Source of the DNA: Bdellovibrionales bacterium
Lineage (GTDB): Bacteria; Bdellovibrionota; Bdellovibrionia; Bdellovibrionales; JAUICD01
DNA length: 64,000 nucleotides
Assembly (NCBI GenBank): GCA_965262715.1
Contig: OZ253553.1
Span: 448,001 to 512,000 of the forward strand
Direction: 5' to 3'
Part shown: piece after piece, positions 1-10,660 of the stretch
Position numbering within the stretch: position 1 is the stretch's first letter
Layout of the letters: each line of letters starts with the position of its first letter
The notes under the pieces: generated by a model
Told to the model about the DNA's origin: nothing
The model's database searches: none
Seen by the model: only the letters and a program-made list of their open reading frames with translations
Position numbers and translations under genes: made by a program

Positions 1-140
1 AAGAGAGTTAAAGAATTTTTTCAGTAGAAAAGATCATATTAGTGCCAAAGATCATGGCCTTAAGTGTCTTTACTTCAGTGTTTTTATAGGTTAAATGAAA
101 TAAAATGTATTTCTACTAAAATCAAATAAAGGAGCATTTT

Positions 141-1160
141 ATGGTCAAACAGTATTTTAAATCATATCTAACAGTATTATCTTTGTTATTTTTTATTGTT
201 GCCACTTATAGTCTTTCTCTTCACAGTCAGGCAAAAAAAGCGAGGACACAATTTGTTACAATTGGAACAGGTGGTATCACTGGAGTTTATTATCCAACAG
301 GTGGAGCTATTTCAAAAATTATTAATAAGAAAAGAGATAGAGATAAAATACGCGCAAGTGTTGAATCTACTCCTGGATCTGTTTTTAATGTCAATGCTGT
401 TGTTTCCAATGATTTAGAATTTGGTATTGTTCAATCAGACAGGCAATATCAGGCTGTTAAAGGTTTATCAGAGTGGAAAAGACGGGGCGGACAGAAAACT
501 CTGAGGTCTGTACTTAGTCTTCACTCAGAGGTTGTCACCTTAGTGGCCTCTGTGGACAGTAAAATTCAAGAAATAAAAGACTTAAAAGGTAAAAGAGTAA
601 ATGTTGGGAATTTTGGCTCGGGACAACGTCAAAATGCGATGGATGTTTTAAAGGTCTCTGGTCTTGATTGGCAAAAGGATTTTAAAGCTGAAGCTTTAAA
701 GTCAGCTGAATCTCCTAAGATGCTGCAAGATAGTCGTATAGATGCTTTTTTCTTCACAGTAGGTCATCCAAGTGGAACTATAACAGAAGCGACCTCAGGA
801 AAAACAAAAGTGCGATTTGTTCCTATTATTAATGACAAGTTGTTAAAGCAATTTCCTTATTATACAAAGGCAAGTATTAAAAGAGCTACGTACCCGATGG
901 CCCAAAATAAAAAGGATATATCCTCTATTGGAATGAAGGCGACTCTAATTACATCATCAGATGTATCAGAGGATGTTGTCTACAAGGTGACTAAGGCTAT
1001 TTTTGAAAACTTAGATGAGTTTAAAAAGAGTCATCCAGCTTTATCTGGTTTAAAAAAACAAGGTATGTTTTTAGGTTTATCAGCTCCACTTCATAAAGGT
1101 GCTGTTAAGTATTATAAAGAGGCTAAACTAGATAAACATATTCCTAAAGAGCTGTTATAA
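141..1160 (+). CDS. TAXI-family TRAP transporter solute-binding protein
   Basis: Signal peptide; TIGTGGITGVYYPTGG, STPGSVFN and PLHKGAVKYYKE motifs. Confidence 0.95.
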   Translation: MVKQYFKSYLTVLSLLFFIVATYSLSLHSQAKKARTQFVTIGTGGITGVYYPTGGAISKIINKKRDRDKIRASVESTPGSVFNVNAVVSNDLEFGIVQSDRQYQAVKGLSEWKRRGGQKTLRSVLSLHSEVVTLVASVDSKIQEIKDLKGKRVNVGNFGSGQRQNAMDVLKVSGLDWQKDFKAEALKSAESPKMLQDSRIDAFFFTVGHPSGTITEATSGKTKVRFVPIINDKLLKQFPYYTKASIKRATYPMAQNKKDISSIGMKATLITSSDVSEDVVYKVTKAIFENLDEFKKSHPALSGLKKQGMFLGLSAPLHKGAVKYYKEAKLDKHIPKELL

Positions 1161-1288
1161 ACCACATAGACACTTTATTTTTTGGACTGATATTAGCAAA
1201 TAGTCTGGTTGTTGGGGGTGTATGTGAAGAGGAAGACAACAGAGGCAACAAAAGTCTCATATAACTTATTCTTCAGAGCAACAAAAAG

Positions 1289-3433
1289 ATGAAAAGTAGA
1301 ACTTTATCAATCATTTTTGTTACTGGGTGCTGGTTCTTATTTTCATTGTTTCAACTCACTTTACCTCAATTTATTCTTTTAAATCCAGAGTACATGAAAT
1401 TCATTCATTTAGGGTTTGCCACCATTTTAGTTTGTCTGCTTCCTATCAGGTTTTTAATTCCTTTTGTTGCTGGTTGCTGGTCATTATTTCAGCTAGCTCT
1501 GCCTAAATTTATTCTTTTAAATTCAGAATATATTCGAAGTATTCATTTAGGGTTTGCTATCTTTTTAGTTTATCTAAGCTTTCCTCTTGTCAAGAATTCT
1601 TTCCTTGTTAAGAAACTAAAACAGGCTCCTAAATTTCTACAATTTTTATATGTAAAAGAGCCAGGTTTTTTACGTCTTTTTCTTGCAATCATTTCATCTG
1701 CTTGTGCTCTGTATCTATTTTTTGATTACATAGGTATTGGGGAGCGTTCAGGTATCCCTAGTACAAGAGACATTGTCATAGGTAGTTTACTGATTATACT
1801 TCTTTTAGAAGCAGCTAGAAGATCACTAGGCCCTTCACTGCCTATCATTGCCGGCGCTTTTTTAGTTTATAGTTTTTTTAGTGAATACATGCCGGAGGTG
1901 ATCGCCTTTAAAAATGCGACTTTAGCTAAAGTGATCTCTAAGATTGCTATGGGAAGTGAGGGTATCTATGGTATTCCGCTTGATGTGTCAGCTTCTACTG
2001 TGTTTTTATTTGTTCTTTTTGGAACTATGTTAGAAAAAAGTGGTGGTGGGCAATACTTCATTCAGATCGCTTTCAGTTTGCTAGGTAAATTTAGAGGAGG
2101 GCCAGCAAAGGCTGCTGTTTTGGCTAGTGGCCTTACAGGGATGGTTTCAGGCTCTAGTATTGCAAATACAGTGACAACAGGGACATTCACTATTCCTCTT
2201 ATGAAAAAAGCGGGGTTTCCAGGATACAAAGCAGCAGCTGTGGAGGTGGCTGCTAGCACGAACGGTCAATTGATGCCTCCTATTATGGGAGCTGCTGCTT
2301 TTATCATTGCTGAATATTGTAGCATTTCTTATTTTGAAGTTTTAAAAGCAGCTATTATACCTGCCTTTGTATCTTATATTGCACTTATTTATATTGTTGA
2401 TTTAGAAGCTAAAAAAATGCAGCTACGTCCTGTTCCAAAAGAGCAGCTTCCTAAGTTCTGGCCCACATTTTTATCGGGCATACATTTTTTTATTCCTTTA
2501 GGATTTCTTATTTATCAATTGATTATTTTAAGAAGATCAGCATCTCTATCAGCTTATTATGCGATAACGGCTTTGATGGTCTTAATACTTGTGCGCAATC
2601 TTATTGTAGATTGTAAGAATGAGAGAAGAGGCAAACAAGTTGTTTCATCAATTTATCAGAGTTTTCGAGGGATATGGCACACCTTAGTAGCTGGCGCCTA
2701 TAATATGATGAGCATCAGTGTAGCTGTAGCCACGGCTGGTATTATTGTAGGAATTGTTACTTTAGGATTAGGCGGTGTTATGACAGATGTGATTGACTTG
2801 GTTGCAGGCGGTCATCTTATGCCGATGTTGTTGGTCACTGCAGGAGTGAGTCTACTTTTAGGTCTTGGTCTTCCAACGACAGCCAACTATATTGTTATGG
2901 CTTCACTGACTGCTCCTGCTATGGTAGCTCTTTCTGGAGACTTAGGGTTAGTAGTTCCTCTCATCGCAGCCCATTTATTTTGTTTTTATTTTGGTATTTT
3001 GGCAGATGATACACCACCTGTTGGTTTAGCTGCTTATGCTGCTGCTGCTATAGCAAAAGAAAACCCTATTAAAGTTGGAATACAAAGCTTTAAATATGAT
3101 ATGAGGACAGCTATTTTGCCTTTTATGTTTATATTTAATACAGAGATTCTCTTAGTAGGAGTTGATTCTATTTTATATGGATCTTTTATATTTATAACAA
3201 CTCTCATTGCTATGTTTGCATTTGTTTCTTGTGCGCAAGGCATCTTTTTTGTGAAATGTACTTGGTATGAAAGAGCTGTTTTGATATTACCTACATTGAT
3301 TTTATTTCGACCTGATCTGTTTATGGACTTATATCAAGATTGGAATATAAATGTATGGAGAGTTATTGGCATATTGTTATTTTTTGGAATTTACTCTTTT
3401 CAAAGGTTAAGAGTTTTAGCTTATAGTAGATAA
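1289..3433 (+). CDS. TRAP transporter 4TM/12TM fused permease
   Basis: GGPAKAAV, SGSSIANTVTTG, GQLMPPIMGAAAF, GLPTTANY and DDTPPV motifs; follows the TAXI gene. Confidence 0.95.
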   Translation: MKSRTLSIIFVTGCWFLFSLFQLTLPQFILLNPEYMKFIHLGFATILVCLLPIRFLIPFVAGCWSLFQLALPKFILLNSEYIRSIHLGFAIFLVYLSFPLVKNSFLVKKLKQAPKFLQFLYVKEPGFLRLFLAIISSACALYLFFDYIGIGERSGIPSTRDIVIGSLLIILLLEAARRSLGPSLPIIAGAFLVYSFFSEYMPEVIAFKNATLAKVISKIAMGSEGIYGIPLDVSASTVFLFVLFGTMLEKSGGGQYFIQIAFSLLGKFRGGPAKAAVLASGLTGMVSGSSIANTVTTGTFTIPLMKKAGFPGYKAAAVEVAASTNGQLMPPIMGAAAFIIAEYCSISYFEVLKAAIIPAFVSYIALIYIVDLEAKKMQLRPVPKEQLPKFWPTFLSGIHFFIPLGFLIYQLIILRRSASLSAYYAITALMVLILVRNLIVDCKNERRGKQVVSSIYQSFRGIWHTLVAGAYNMMSISVAVATAGIIVGIVTLGLGGVMTDVIDLVAGGHLMPMLLVTAGVSLLLGLGLPTTANYIVMASLTAPAMVALSGDLGLVVPLIAAHLFCFYFGILADDTPPVGLAAYAAAAIAKENPIKVGIQSFKYDMRTAILPFMFIFNTEILLVGVDSILYGSFIFITTLIAMFAFVSCAQGIFFVKCTWYERAVLILPTLILFRPDLFMDLYQDWNINVWRVIGILLFFGIYSFQRLRVLAYSR

Positions 3434-3618
3434 TCAATAGAAATATCTCGATCCATAACAGTTTTTCGGCCATTCGACTTAGCACTTTCAATACCTTTCT
3501 TACATAGGATTTCAACGGCTTTAGAAAGTTGCTCTAGACTTTTAGCAGATGCTTGAAGATCACCGGTATCTTTAATGTATTTTTTAACTTTGCTTGCTAC
3601 GACTAATAGTTCTGCCAT
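3421..3618 (-). CDS. Bacterial singlet histone-fold protein (Bd0055/HBb-like)
   Basis: MAELLVVASKVKKYIK...GRKTVMDRDI closely matches Bdellovibrio Bd0055 as recalled; RKTV..RD histone motif; GGAGG RBS upstream. Confidence 0.92.
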   Translation of the reverse strand: MAELLVVASKVKKYIKDTGDLQASAKSLEQLSKAVEILCKKGIESAKSNGRKTVMDRDISIDYLL

Positions 3619-3979
3619 GTCGACCCTCCATATTTTATTGTTGTTAATAATATCGTATGAGTCATTTTTTAGATAGGCAATATAATGGCAATATATCCTA
3701 GTCCCTTGTCCTAATTGAAATGTCTTTTGTTGAAAAAACAGTTGAATGAAGTGAAAAAAGAACTTATTGAGGTAATTCCATTTGAATATAGGAATAAATC
3801 ATGATAAAAACAATAGATATCAACCATAGTCAAGGTTTTAAAGGTTTTGATACAAAAGAGCTAACAGATTAACAATCTCTTGTTGCAAAAATATGCCCCC
3901 ACCTCTTGTAGTTACCTATTCAGAAAAATAAGCCTTTTCTAACTGTTTATTTAAAAAAGTAGGTGTATAAATAAAAAAG

Positions 3980-5275
3980 ATGAACTATGTAAAGCAAAAT
4001 CCATTCAATCCTAATTCAATAGTAAGTCCTAATTTATTTACTGGACGCGCTACACAAATTTCTCAGGTCATTAGAAGGCTTGCTCAAACGAGAGAAGGAA
4101 TATTAGCAAACTTTATTATTCAAGATGAAAGAGGTATTGGTAAGACAGCTTTTGCTAAGTTTTCTATGTTTTTAGCTCAAAAACAAGATCCAAAATTGGA
4201 AAATTTAAGTTTTTTAACAACATATTATGCTATTGAAAAAGATCAATCTTTTCAATCTGTATTACAGTCATCATTAAACCTTTTGACAGACCAGCTTCCA
4301 GAAACGTCCATCGATCGGTTAAAGACTCGCTTAGGTGATTTTTTTAGAAATGGAAAGTTTAATGTTGGAGCATTTGGAGATAGAGCTATTGTTGATCAGA
4401 CGATAAAGACTACCCAAGAATTCTTTATGGTAAAAGATCAGGTTATTTCTATTTTAACTAATATCATCAAAGGAATTCAAGAAGATAAAAAGACTAATAA
4501 GAAAAAGATGTATGATGGAATATTAATTGTCTTAGATGATATTCATAATACAAAAGAACTTAATGCTATTGCCCAGATACTTCGCAACATATCTACAATT
4601 TTAGATATAAATGGTCTTAGCAATATTTCATTTATGATTATAGGTCATGAAGAGGGAATTCAACAATTTTTTGATGGAGATCCGTCTGCTAAACACAATT
4701 TTGATTTTATTCCACTAGGAGTCATGTCTGGTATTGAAGCAGAAGAGATATTAAAAAAAGGTTTTAAACAAGCGCAAGTGGGATATAATAAATCCGTTTT
4801 AACAGAAATGGTTAAGAATGTAGGAGGATATCCTTACTCTATAAAAACTCTAGGGCGCAACCTCATTGACACAGATAAAGATAATTACATTGATCAGAAG
4901 GATTGGAAAGAGGCGATATCTAAAACGCTCGATGAATTACAATCAAAGGATTTCTCTGATATGTACAACTTTGAGAGGCCAGTGACGTTGCGTGAGAAAG
5001 TATTAAACTTTTTAGCGTTCCGATCTGAACCCATTTCAAAAAAAGAGCTTGCAGAGTTTTTTAATGGGATAAATATCTATACGAGATCATGTCTTCCAAA
5101 ACTAAAAAGTTTAGGAGCTATAAAAGAAAATAAAGAGACAGGTTACTTAGATATGCAATCAACATTATTTAAGTCAGTTGTTAGGTTGCATTTAATTTCT
5201 AAATCCCTAGAAGAGAAAAAATATCCAATGTATATAAAACAAGTAGGAAAAAGTAAAATAGTTATAAACCCTTAA
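3980..5275 (+). CDS. AAA+/STAND-like P-loop ATPase with probable C-terminal winged helix
   Basis: NPFNP..FTGR N-terminus, Walker A ERGIGKT, Walker B ILIVLDD, GGYPY motif. Confidence 0.8.
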   Translation: MNYVKQNPFNPNSIVSPNLFTGRATQISQVIRRLAQTREGILANFIIQDERGIGKTAFAKFSMFLAQKQDPKLENLSFLTTYYAIEKDQSFQSVLQSSLNLLTDQLPETSIDRLKTRLGDFFRNGKFNVGAFGDRAIVDQTIKTTQEFFMVKDQVISILTNIIKGIQEDKKTNKKKMYDGILIVLDDIHNTKELNAIAQILRNISTILDINGLSNISFMIIGHEEGIQQFFDGDPSAKHNFDFIPLGVMSGIEAEEILKKGFKQAQVGYNKSVLTEMVKNVGGYPYSIKTLGRNLIDTDKDNYIDQKDWKEAISKTLDELQSKDFSDMYNFERPVTLREKVLNFLAFRSEPISKKELAEFFNGINIYTRSCLPKLKSLGAIKENKETGYLDMQSTLFKSVVRLHLISKSLEEKKYPMYIKQVGKSKIVINP

Positions 5276-5290
5276 TGAGTATGAACTTCA

Positions 5291-5603
5291 TGATTTTTTG
5301 GATTTTAAATGTGATCGGTGAACAAAAGTCACAGTACAAACATAAAGCCAATGTAATAGCACAAAGCCTGAGACGTACTCGATCCCACCTCCTCCAAATC
5401 CATAAGAGTGCAAGCCAGCACCTAATACAAAGTTAACTCCGTACCAGGCCATCAATACCAATGAGAAACAAATACCACTCCAAGCCAGAAACCCAAAGTT
5501 TCCAAGCCATCCAGAAAGCCTGCCATGTATGACTGCAATATATCCTAAAAGGGCAATTAGAGCCCATGTCTCTTTAGGGTCCCAGCCCCAAAATCGTCCT
5601 CAT
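5291..5603 (-). repeat. 313-bp direct-repeat copy of the ccsA 3' end (partner 21251-21563)
   Basis: Near-identical to 21251-21563; differences mostly synonymous in the ccsA frame. Confidence 0.95.
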
Positions 5604-5680
5604 TAGATATGCAATCCACATTATTTAAGTCAGTTGTTAGACTACATTTAATTTCTAAATCACTAAAAGAAAAATATTAA
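5603..5680 (+). repeat. Copy of the 3' end of the AAA ATPase gene (partner 5147-~5224)
   Basis: Encodes LDMQSTLFKSVVRLHLISKSLKEKY*, versus LDMQSTLFKSVVRLHLISKSLEEKKY in the gene. Confidence 0.9.
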
Positions 5681-5880
5681 ACCTCAAGTAAAAATAACAA
5701 ACATTTGTAGTGATCTTTAAAGCACATAACTTATTGAAATTATTGAATGAGTCATGTGTAATATGTTGAAGTTTGGGAAAAGATTTTGCTTTCAAGAAGG
5801 ACAGGCTCAATAGATATAAGATACATTTTTTAAATGAAGATCATTTAGTCATTTTGGATCAGTTAGTCCTGTGAAAAAAG

Positions 5881-5905
5881 TGTAACCTATGTCTCAATAT
5901 GTACA
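5881..5905 (+). mobile_element. Probable IS481-like terminal remnant
   Basis: tgtaacctatgtctcaatatgtaca; near-identical motifs recur at 59207-59274. Confidence 0.4.
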
Positions 5906-6133
5906 GTAGTTTGTAAAAATTCAAGTTCAATTTTGATATTCACTTCATAATTGAAGTTGGCCTCTTTTCTTGAGGTTTATTAAAGCTTGAAGATTTCTGC
6001 TTAAAATCAAGAGAGACAGATGCTGAAAACCAGCATTTCATGGCTATAATAAAAAAACTGAGCTTAAAATCATACAGATAGTTTATTTTTATGGTAAAAA
6101 TCCGAAATATTAAAAATATGGGGTCATAAATCT

Positions 6134-8338
6134 ATGGACAATAATGATCAGCAAACATTTAGAGATATAACAAATCAGCTAAAGTTTGAATCTTCTAGAG
6201 ATAACATTCTTAATGATTTTTACGTACCTATTTTAAAAAGAGCCAAAAAATATGATCGCATGGCAGGTTTTTTCAGTTCATCGTCATTAGCTATAGCAGT
6301 TAATGGATTCTCAGAATTTTTTATCAAATCAGGGCAAATGCGGATGATTTGTTGTGCAAAAATCGACCAAAAAGATATTGAAAGTATAAATGCTAAAAAT
6401 TTACAAGTATCTGAAATTATAGATCAATTTAGCAATCTTTCAATTAAAGAAATAAAAGATGAGATCATTCAAAATAGAATGAAAATTCTGTGTTGGTTAG
6501 TGAAAACTGGCAGGCTGCAAATAAAAATTGCATTTTTCAGAGATATATCTGGGAAGATCATACCTTCTTCAAAGTCTAAGGCCCTGCAACATTCTAAGGT
6601 AGGTGTTATGGAAGATGAATTTGGGAATAAAATATCATTTAGTGGTTCTGTCAACGAATCTGCAATGGGTTGGGGGAAAAATATAGAAGAATTTAAGGTT
6701 TTTAGAAATTGGATACCTATTCAAAGTGATTACTTTGAGTTAGATGAAAAAAAGTTTGAACAATATTGGAATGGAGAAATAAAATCTATAGCATTGATAG
6801 ATATTCCTGAAGCTGTAAAAGAGAATTTGATTGAATTTGCACCAAAAGATGAAATGGAATTGCATGAAGAAATTGCAAAGTTGAAAGGAGAAGCACTTAG
6901 AGATAAAAGTAGTGATAGCATTTCAGGGCCATCTCTTCCAAAAGAATTAAAGTTAAGAGGTTATCAAAGAAAAGCTATTGACAAATGGATCAATCAAAAT
7001 GGAAAAGGTGTGTTTAAAATGGCTACAGGGACAGGCAAAACAAAAACTGCTCTAGGGTCTCTTTTAAAACTCTATGAAATTTTAGACACAACTAAAAAGC
7101 TTCCTCTTGTAGTGATTATCGTATGTCCATATCAACATCTTGTAAGACAATGGGAAGAAGAATGTTCCAGCTTTGGTTTTAAGCCTTTACTTTGTTTTAA
7201 AAGTAGACGTACATGGGAGAAAAAGTTGGCTAAAGGAAGATATGAAGTCAATACTGGAATGACAAATTTTTTATCACTAATTGTGACAAATTCCACATTT
7301 ATCAGAACTGACTTTCAGAGTGAAATCTCTAATATAAGAAAAAATATTCTTTTGATCTGTGATGAGGCTCATAATTTAGGAGCTGAAAGAACAAAAGATA
7401 AACTTCCTGATAAAGCGGCGTTTAGGTTAGCACTTTCTGCTACTTTTGAAAGACATCTTGATGAGGAAGGGACAGAAGACCTTAGAAAATATTTTGGACA
7501 CACTTGTATAGATTTTGGCCTTAAAGAAGCTATTGAAAGTGGTTGCCTCTCTGAATATCATTATTATCCTCAGTTAGTTGAATTGACAAATGAAGAAAAT
7601 AGAGAGTATGAAGAAATTTCAAAATCAATAGCTCGATTAAATAAAGGAAAAGAGAAATTAGATTTTAATAATCCTCAGATAAAGAGCTTACTGTTAAAAA
7701 GAGCTAGAATTATTGGCAAGGCAGAAAATAAATATCAAAAGTTAGATGAAATGTTTTCTAAGATTGAAGATCTTAAGAGTGTAAAAAACACTTTGATATT
7801 TTGTGGTGATGGAATGGTCGAAGATGAAACAGATCAAAACAAAACAGGAAGCCATTTTATTAGGCAAGTAGAAAGAATCACAAAACTTTTAGGAGACAAG
7901 TTTCAGCTTAAGGTCAGATCATATACTGCCGAAAACTCTTATGAAAGCAGAAAATTGATCACAGACTCATTTAAGCGAAAGGAGACTCAAGTTGTTGTAG
8001 CTATAAGATGTTTAGATGAGGGTGTAGATATTCCTTCTGCAGAATGTGCCTATTTTTTAGCAAGCAGCCAAAATCCAAAACAATTTATTCAAAGAAGGGG
8101 GCGGATTTTAAGGAAAGATCCTCAAAATCCTAACAAAGTAGCAAAAATCTATGATTTTATTGTGATCCCCTCTTTTATAGAGAGATATAATGATAGAACT
8201 TTTTCTATTGAGAGGAATTTAATTAAAAAAGAGTTTAAGAGAGCAATGGAGTTTGCAAAGTATGCTCGCAATGCACACGCATCAAGAGCTATTCTTTTGG
8301 AATTGCAAAGTAAATATCATTTATTGGGTATGGAGTGA
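6134..8338 (+). CDS. pbeA: Phosphorothioation-associated PLD + SF2 helicase (PbeA-like)
   Basis: N-terminal PLD HSK...SGSVN; MATGTGKT, DEAH, LDEGVDIP, QRRGR; first gene of a 4-gene operon next to dnd. Confidence 0.8.
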   Translation: MDNNDQQTFRDITNQLKFESSRDNILNDFYVPILKRAKKYDRMAGFFSSSSLAIAVNGFSEFFIKSGQMRMICCAKIDQKDIESINAKNLQVSEIIDQFSNLSIKEIKDEIIQNRMKILCWLVKTGRLQIKIAFFRDISGKIIPSSKSKALQHSKVGVMEDEFGNKISFSGSVNESAMGWGKNIEEFKVFRNWIPIQSDYFELDEKKFEQYWNGEIKSIALIDIPEAVKENLIEFAPKDEMELHEEIAKLKGEALRDKSSDSISGPSLPKELKLRGYQRKAIDKWINQNGKGVFKMATGTGKTKTALGSLLKLYEILDTTKKLPLVVIIVCPYQHLVRQWEEECSSFGFKPLLCFKSRRTWEKKLAKGRYEVNTGMTNFLSLIVTNSTFIRTDFQSEISNIRKNILLICDEAHNLGAERTKDKLPDKAAFRLALSATFERHLDEEGTEDLRKYFGHTCIDFGLKEAIESGCLSEYHYYPQLVELTNEENREYEEISKSIARLNKGKEKLDFNNPQIKSLLLKRARIIGKAENKYQKLDEMFSKIEDLKSVKNTLIFCGDGMVEDETDQNKTGSHFIRQVERITKLLGDKFQLKVRSYTAENSYESRKLITDSFKRKETQVVVAIRCLDEGVDIPSAECAYFLASSQNPKQFIQRRGRILRKDPQNPNKVAKIYDFIVIPSFIERYNDRTFSIERNLIKKEFKRAMEFAKYARNAHASRAILLELQSKYHLLGME

Positions 8339-8343
8339 TTTAG

Positions 8344-8523
8344 ATGGAAAGTATGCAGAATGAAAGAAAAAAAGAATTAAAAAATCAGTCTGATAATTTT
8401 TCAGATGATGAGAACAAGATTATAAAGGAGATTCTTGAGATTCATAGAAAGACAGCGCATATCGTCAATCCAAGTCAAATAGATGAAATTAAGGAGATCA
8501 TAGAAGGAAGGATTAAAAAATGA
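8344..8523 (+). CDS. pbeB: Small 59-aa protein (PbeB-like), not in the ORF track
   Basis: ORF MESMQNERKKELK...IIEGRIKK*, whose stop overlaps the next start (ATGA); lies between pbeA and pbeC. Confidence 0.65.
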   Translation: MESMQNERKKELKNQSDNFSDDENKIIKEILEIHRKTAHIVNPSQIDEIKEIIEGRIKK

Positions 8524-10628
8524 TTCTTAAGGAGATCACTCTTTATAATTTTAGACAGTTTTATGATGAGTATACTTTAAAATTTAACACATCAACAAAT
8601 CCAGGGAAAAATGTAACCCTTGTTATTGGGCAGAATGGAAGTGGAAAAACAGCACTACTAAATTCTATCTGGTGGTGTTTGTATGGTAAAACCACTGAAA
8701 GTTTTAAAGGCTCAGAAAAGATAATTAGCCTTAAAGCTATTGCAGAATCTCAAGTTGATCAACAAGTTAGTTGTAAAGTTTCTATTATCTTTGAGCATAA
8801 TGATGGTTTAGAATATGCCATTACAAGACAGAGGATAGGAAGAGTTAGTGATAATTTAAATTTAAAAGAAAAAGATGAAAAACTTACTTTTAAGAAGGGT
8901 AATGAAGAAGAAGATCAAAATCCTTCAAAACAAAAGCAAGAGACTTATCAAGAACAAATTGAAAAATTATTACCAATAGCTTTGGCCCCTTATTTCTTCT
9001 TTGATGGGGAGTCTTTACAATATATGACTAGTAAAAATGAAAAAACGGCAACAGCTATAAGACTGATTATGGGAATAATAGTACTTACAAGATCTGCTAA
9101 TGATTTAAAAGAGATATCTAAAAAGTTTATGCATCGATGGAGAAATAATTCAGAAAATAAAAAGCTCGAGATCCAAACAGAAAAATTAGACAACATGATT
9201 GAGAAATTAAGAAAAGATGAAAAGCAATTAGAACTTGAAAATAAAGAGATTAAAGCCATTGGGGAGCGCATATCTTCTATAGAAAAAAGACTTGAAGAAG
9301 ATGAATTTACAAGACAAAGTCAAAAGGAGTTGAAAGAGGTTGAAGAAAAAATTAAGGATATAAAAAATAAACAAACTGAAAATCAAAAGAATAAAGCTGA
9401 AGCTCTATCCTCTATAGGGTGTCTTATATTCCTTGAAGATATGATAAAAAACGTTGAAAAACTGATAAAAAAATCTAAAAAAGCGGGACTTATTCCTAAA
9501 CCTTATCAAAAGGCATTTATAGAAGATTTATTAAATAGAAAAAAATGTATTTGTGGAAGTGATATTACTCAAGGGACAGAGGTATTTAATAAAATCCATC
9601 AATTAAGAGATCAAGGTAGTGATGATGATGTTGATCAGAAAGTAGCAGAACTCAATGGAAAGGTTGAGGATTACAAAGATAAAACAGAAAGTTTTAAGAA
9701 TGATTTGGATCATTATTTAAATCAGGAAGGACAACTAGAAAGTAGCCTTCTAGAATTTCAAGAAAGAGAAACTGTTATTTCAAAGAAATTAGGAAAACAA
9801 GCTAGGCAAATTGAAGAGAGTGAAAACCTTGCAGAAATAGCCGAAAGACTTAAGAAAGAAAAAGAGGAAAAAAATAAAGAAGTAAATCGTCTTGAAAATG
9901 AAATCAAAAATAATAAAAATGATCAAGATAAACTAAGAAATGAATTAAAAAAATTGACTGAAAAGGACAGAAAAGGAAAGCTTGCTAAACAAAGAATGGA
10001 GGTTGCAGAAAAAATTGGTAGCTTTTTAGAAAGCTTTGCAGAATGGCAAGAACAACAGATTCATAAAGAGTTACAAGAAGGTATAAATGAAACCTTCAAA
10101 AAAATTGCTATAAAGCCTTTTAAGATTGAATTATCTTCTTCCTATAAGTTCAAGGTTTTAAATGAATTTGGTCAAAACCATATAGAAATTGGAGAATCTG
10201 CTGGTGAATCCCAAATGCTATCACTTGCTTTTATTGGCAATCTATTACAATTAGCAAAGAAACCTAAAAATCCGCTTGCTCAAATGTTTTCAGAAGGTAT
10301 TGGTGGTCATTATCCTTTGGTGATAGACTCTCCTTTTGGGCCATTAGATGATAACTACCGTCCACAAATTATAGAAGCTGAGATAAATCTAGCACCTCAA
10401 GTGATTATTTTTGCTTCTGGCTCTCAATGGGATGATGCAATTGATAAGAAAGTCAGGCCTTATATTAATTCCCAATATTTCATCAAATATTTTAAACCTG
10501 AACATCAATGGAAGGATGAAGATAATAAGGGTTATATTTTGAAAATAAATAACAAAGAATATAAATTTCTAGAGAAAACAAGTGAATGTTTTGAGTTTTC
10601 AAAATTGGAAAAAATTAGAAATGAATAA
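8520..10628 (+). CDS. pbeC: SMC/Rad50-like ATPase (PbeC-like)
   Basis: GQNGSGKT, FFFDGE, coiled coil with CICG hinge, ESAGE signature, VIDSPFG. Confidence 0.8.
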   Translation: MILKEITLYNFRQFYDEYTLKFNTSTNPGKNVTLVIGQNGSGKTALLNSIWWCLYGKTTESFKGSEKIISLKAIAESQVDQQVSCKVSIIFEHNDGLEYAITRQRIGRVSDNLNLKEKDEKLTFKKGNEEEDQNPSKQKQETYQEQIEKLLPIALAPYFFFDGESLQYMTSKNEKTATAIRLIMGIIVLTRSANDLKEISKKFMHRWRNNSENKKLEIQTEKLDNMIEKLRKDEKQLELENKEIKAIGERISSIEKRLEEDEFTRQSQKELKEVEEKIKDIKNKQTENQKNKAEALSSIGCLIFLEDMIKNVEKLIKKSKKAGLIPKPYQKAFIEDLLNRKKCICGSDITQGTEVFNKIHQLRDQGSDDDVDQKVAELNGKVEDYKDKTESFKNDLDHYLNQEGQLESSLLEFQERETVISKKLGKQARQIEESENLAEIAERLKKEKEEKNKEVNRLENEIKNNKNDQDKLRNELKKLTEKDRKGKLAKQRMEVAEKIGSFLESFAEWQEQQIHKELQEGINETFKKIAIKPFKIELSSSYKFKVLNEFGQNHIEIGESAGESQMLSLAFIGNLLQLAKKPKNPLAQMFSEGIGGHYPLVIDSPFGPLDDNYRPQIIEAEINLAPQVIIFASGSQWDDAIDKKVRPYINSQYFIKYFKPEHQWKDEDNKGYILKINNKEYKFLEKTSECFEFSKLEKIRNE

Positions 10629-10660
10629 TAATCTAACTTTTAAAAAGTGAGTTTTTAAAT

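Noticed and set aside
5291..5603. tRNA-type att site or prophage boundary
   Set aside because: No tRNA, integrase or phage genes recognised; the repeat is ccsA-derived
8520..10628. Second dndD copy
   Set aside because: The true dndD lies in the dnd operon; context between the helicase and associated protein 4 fits PbeC
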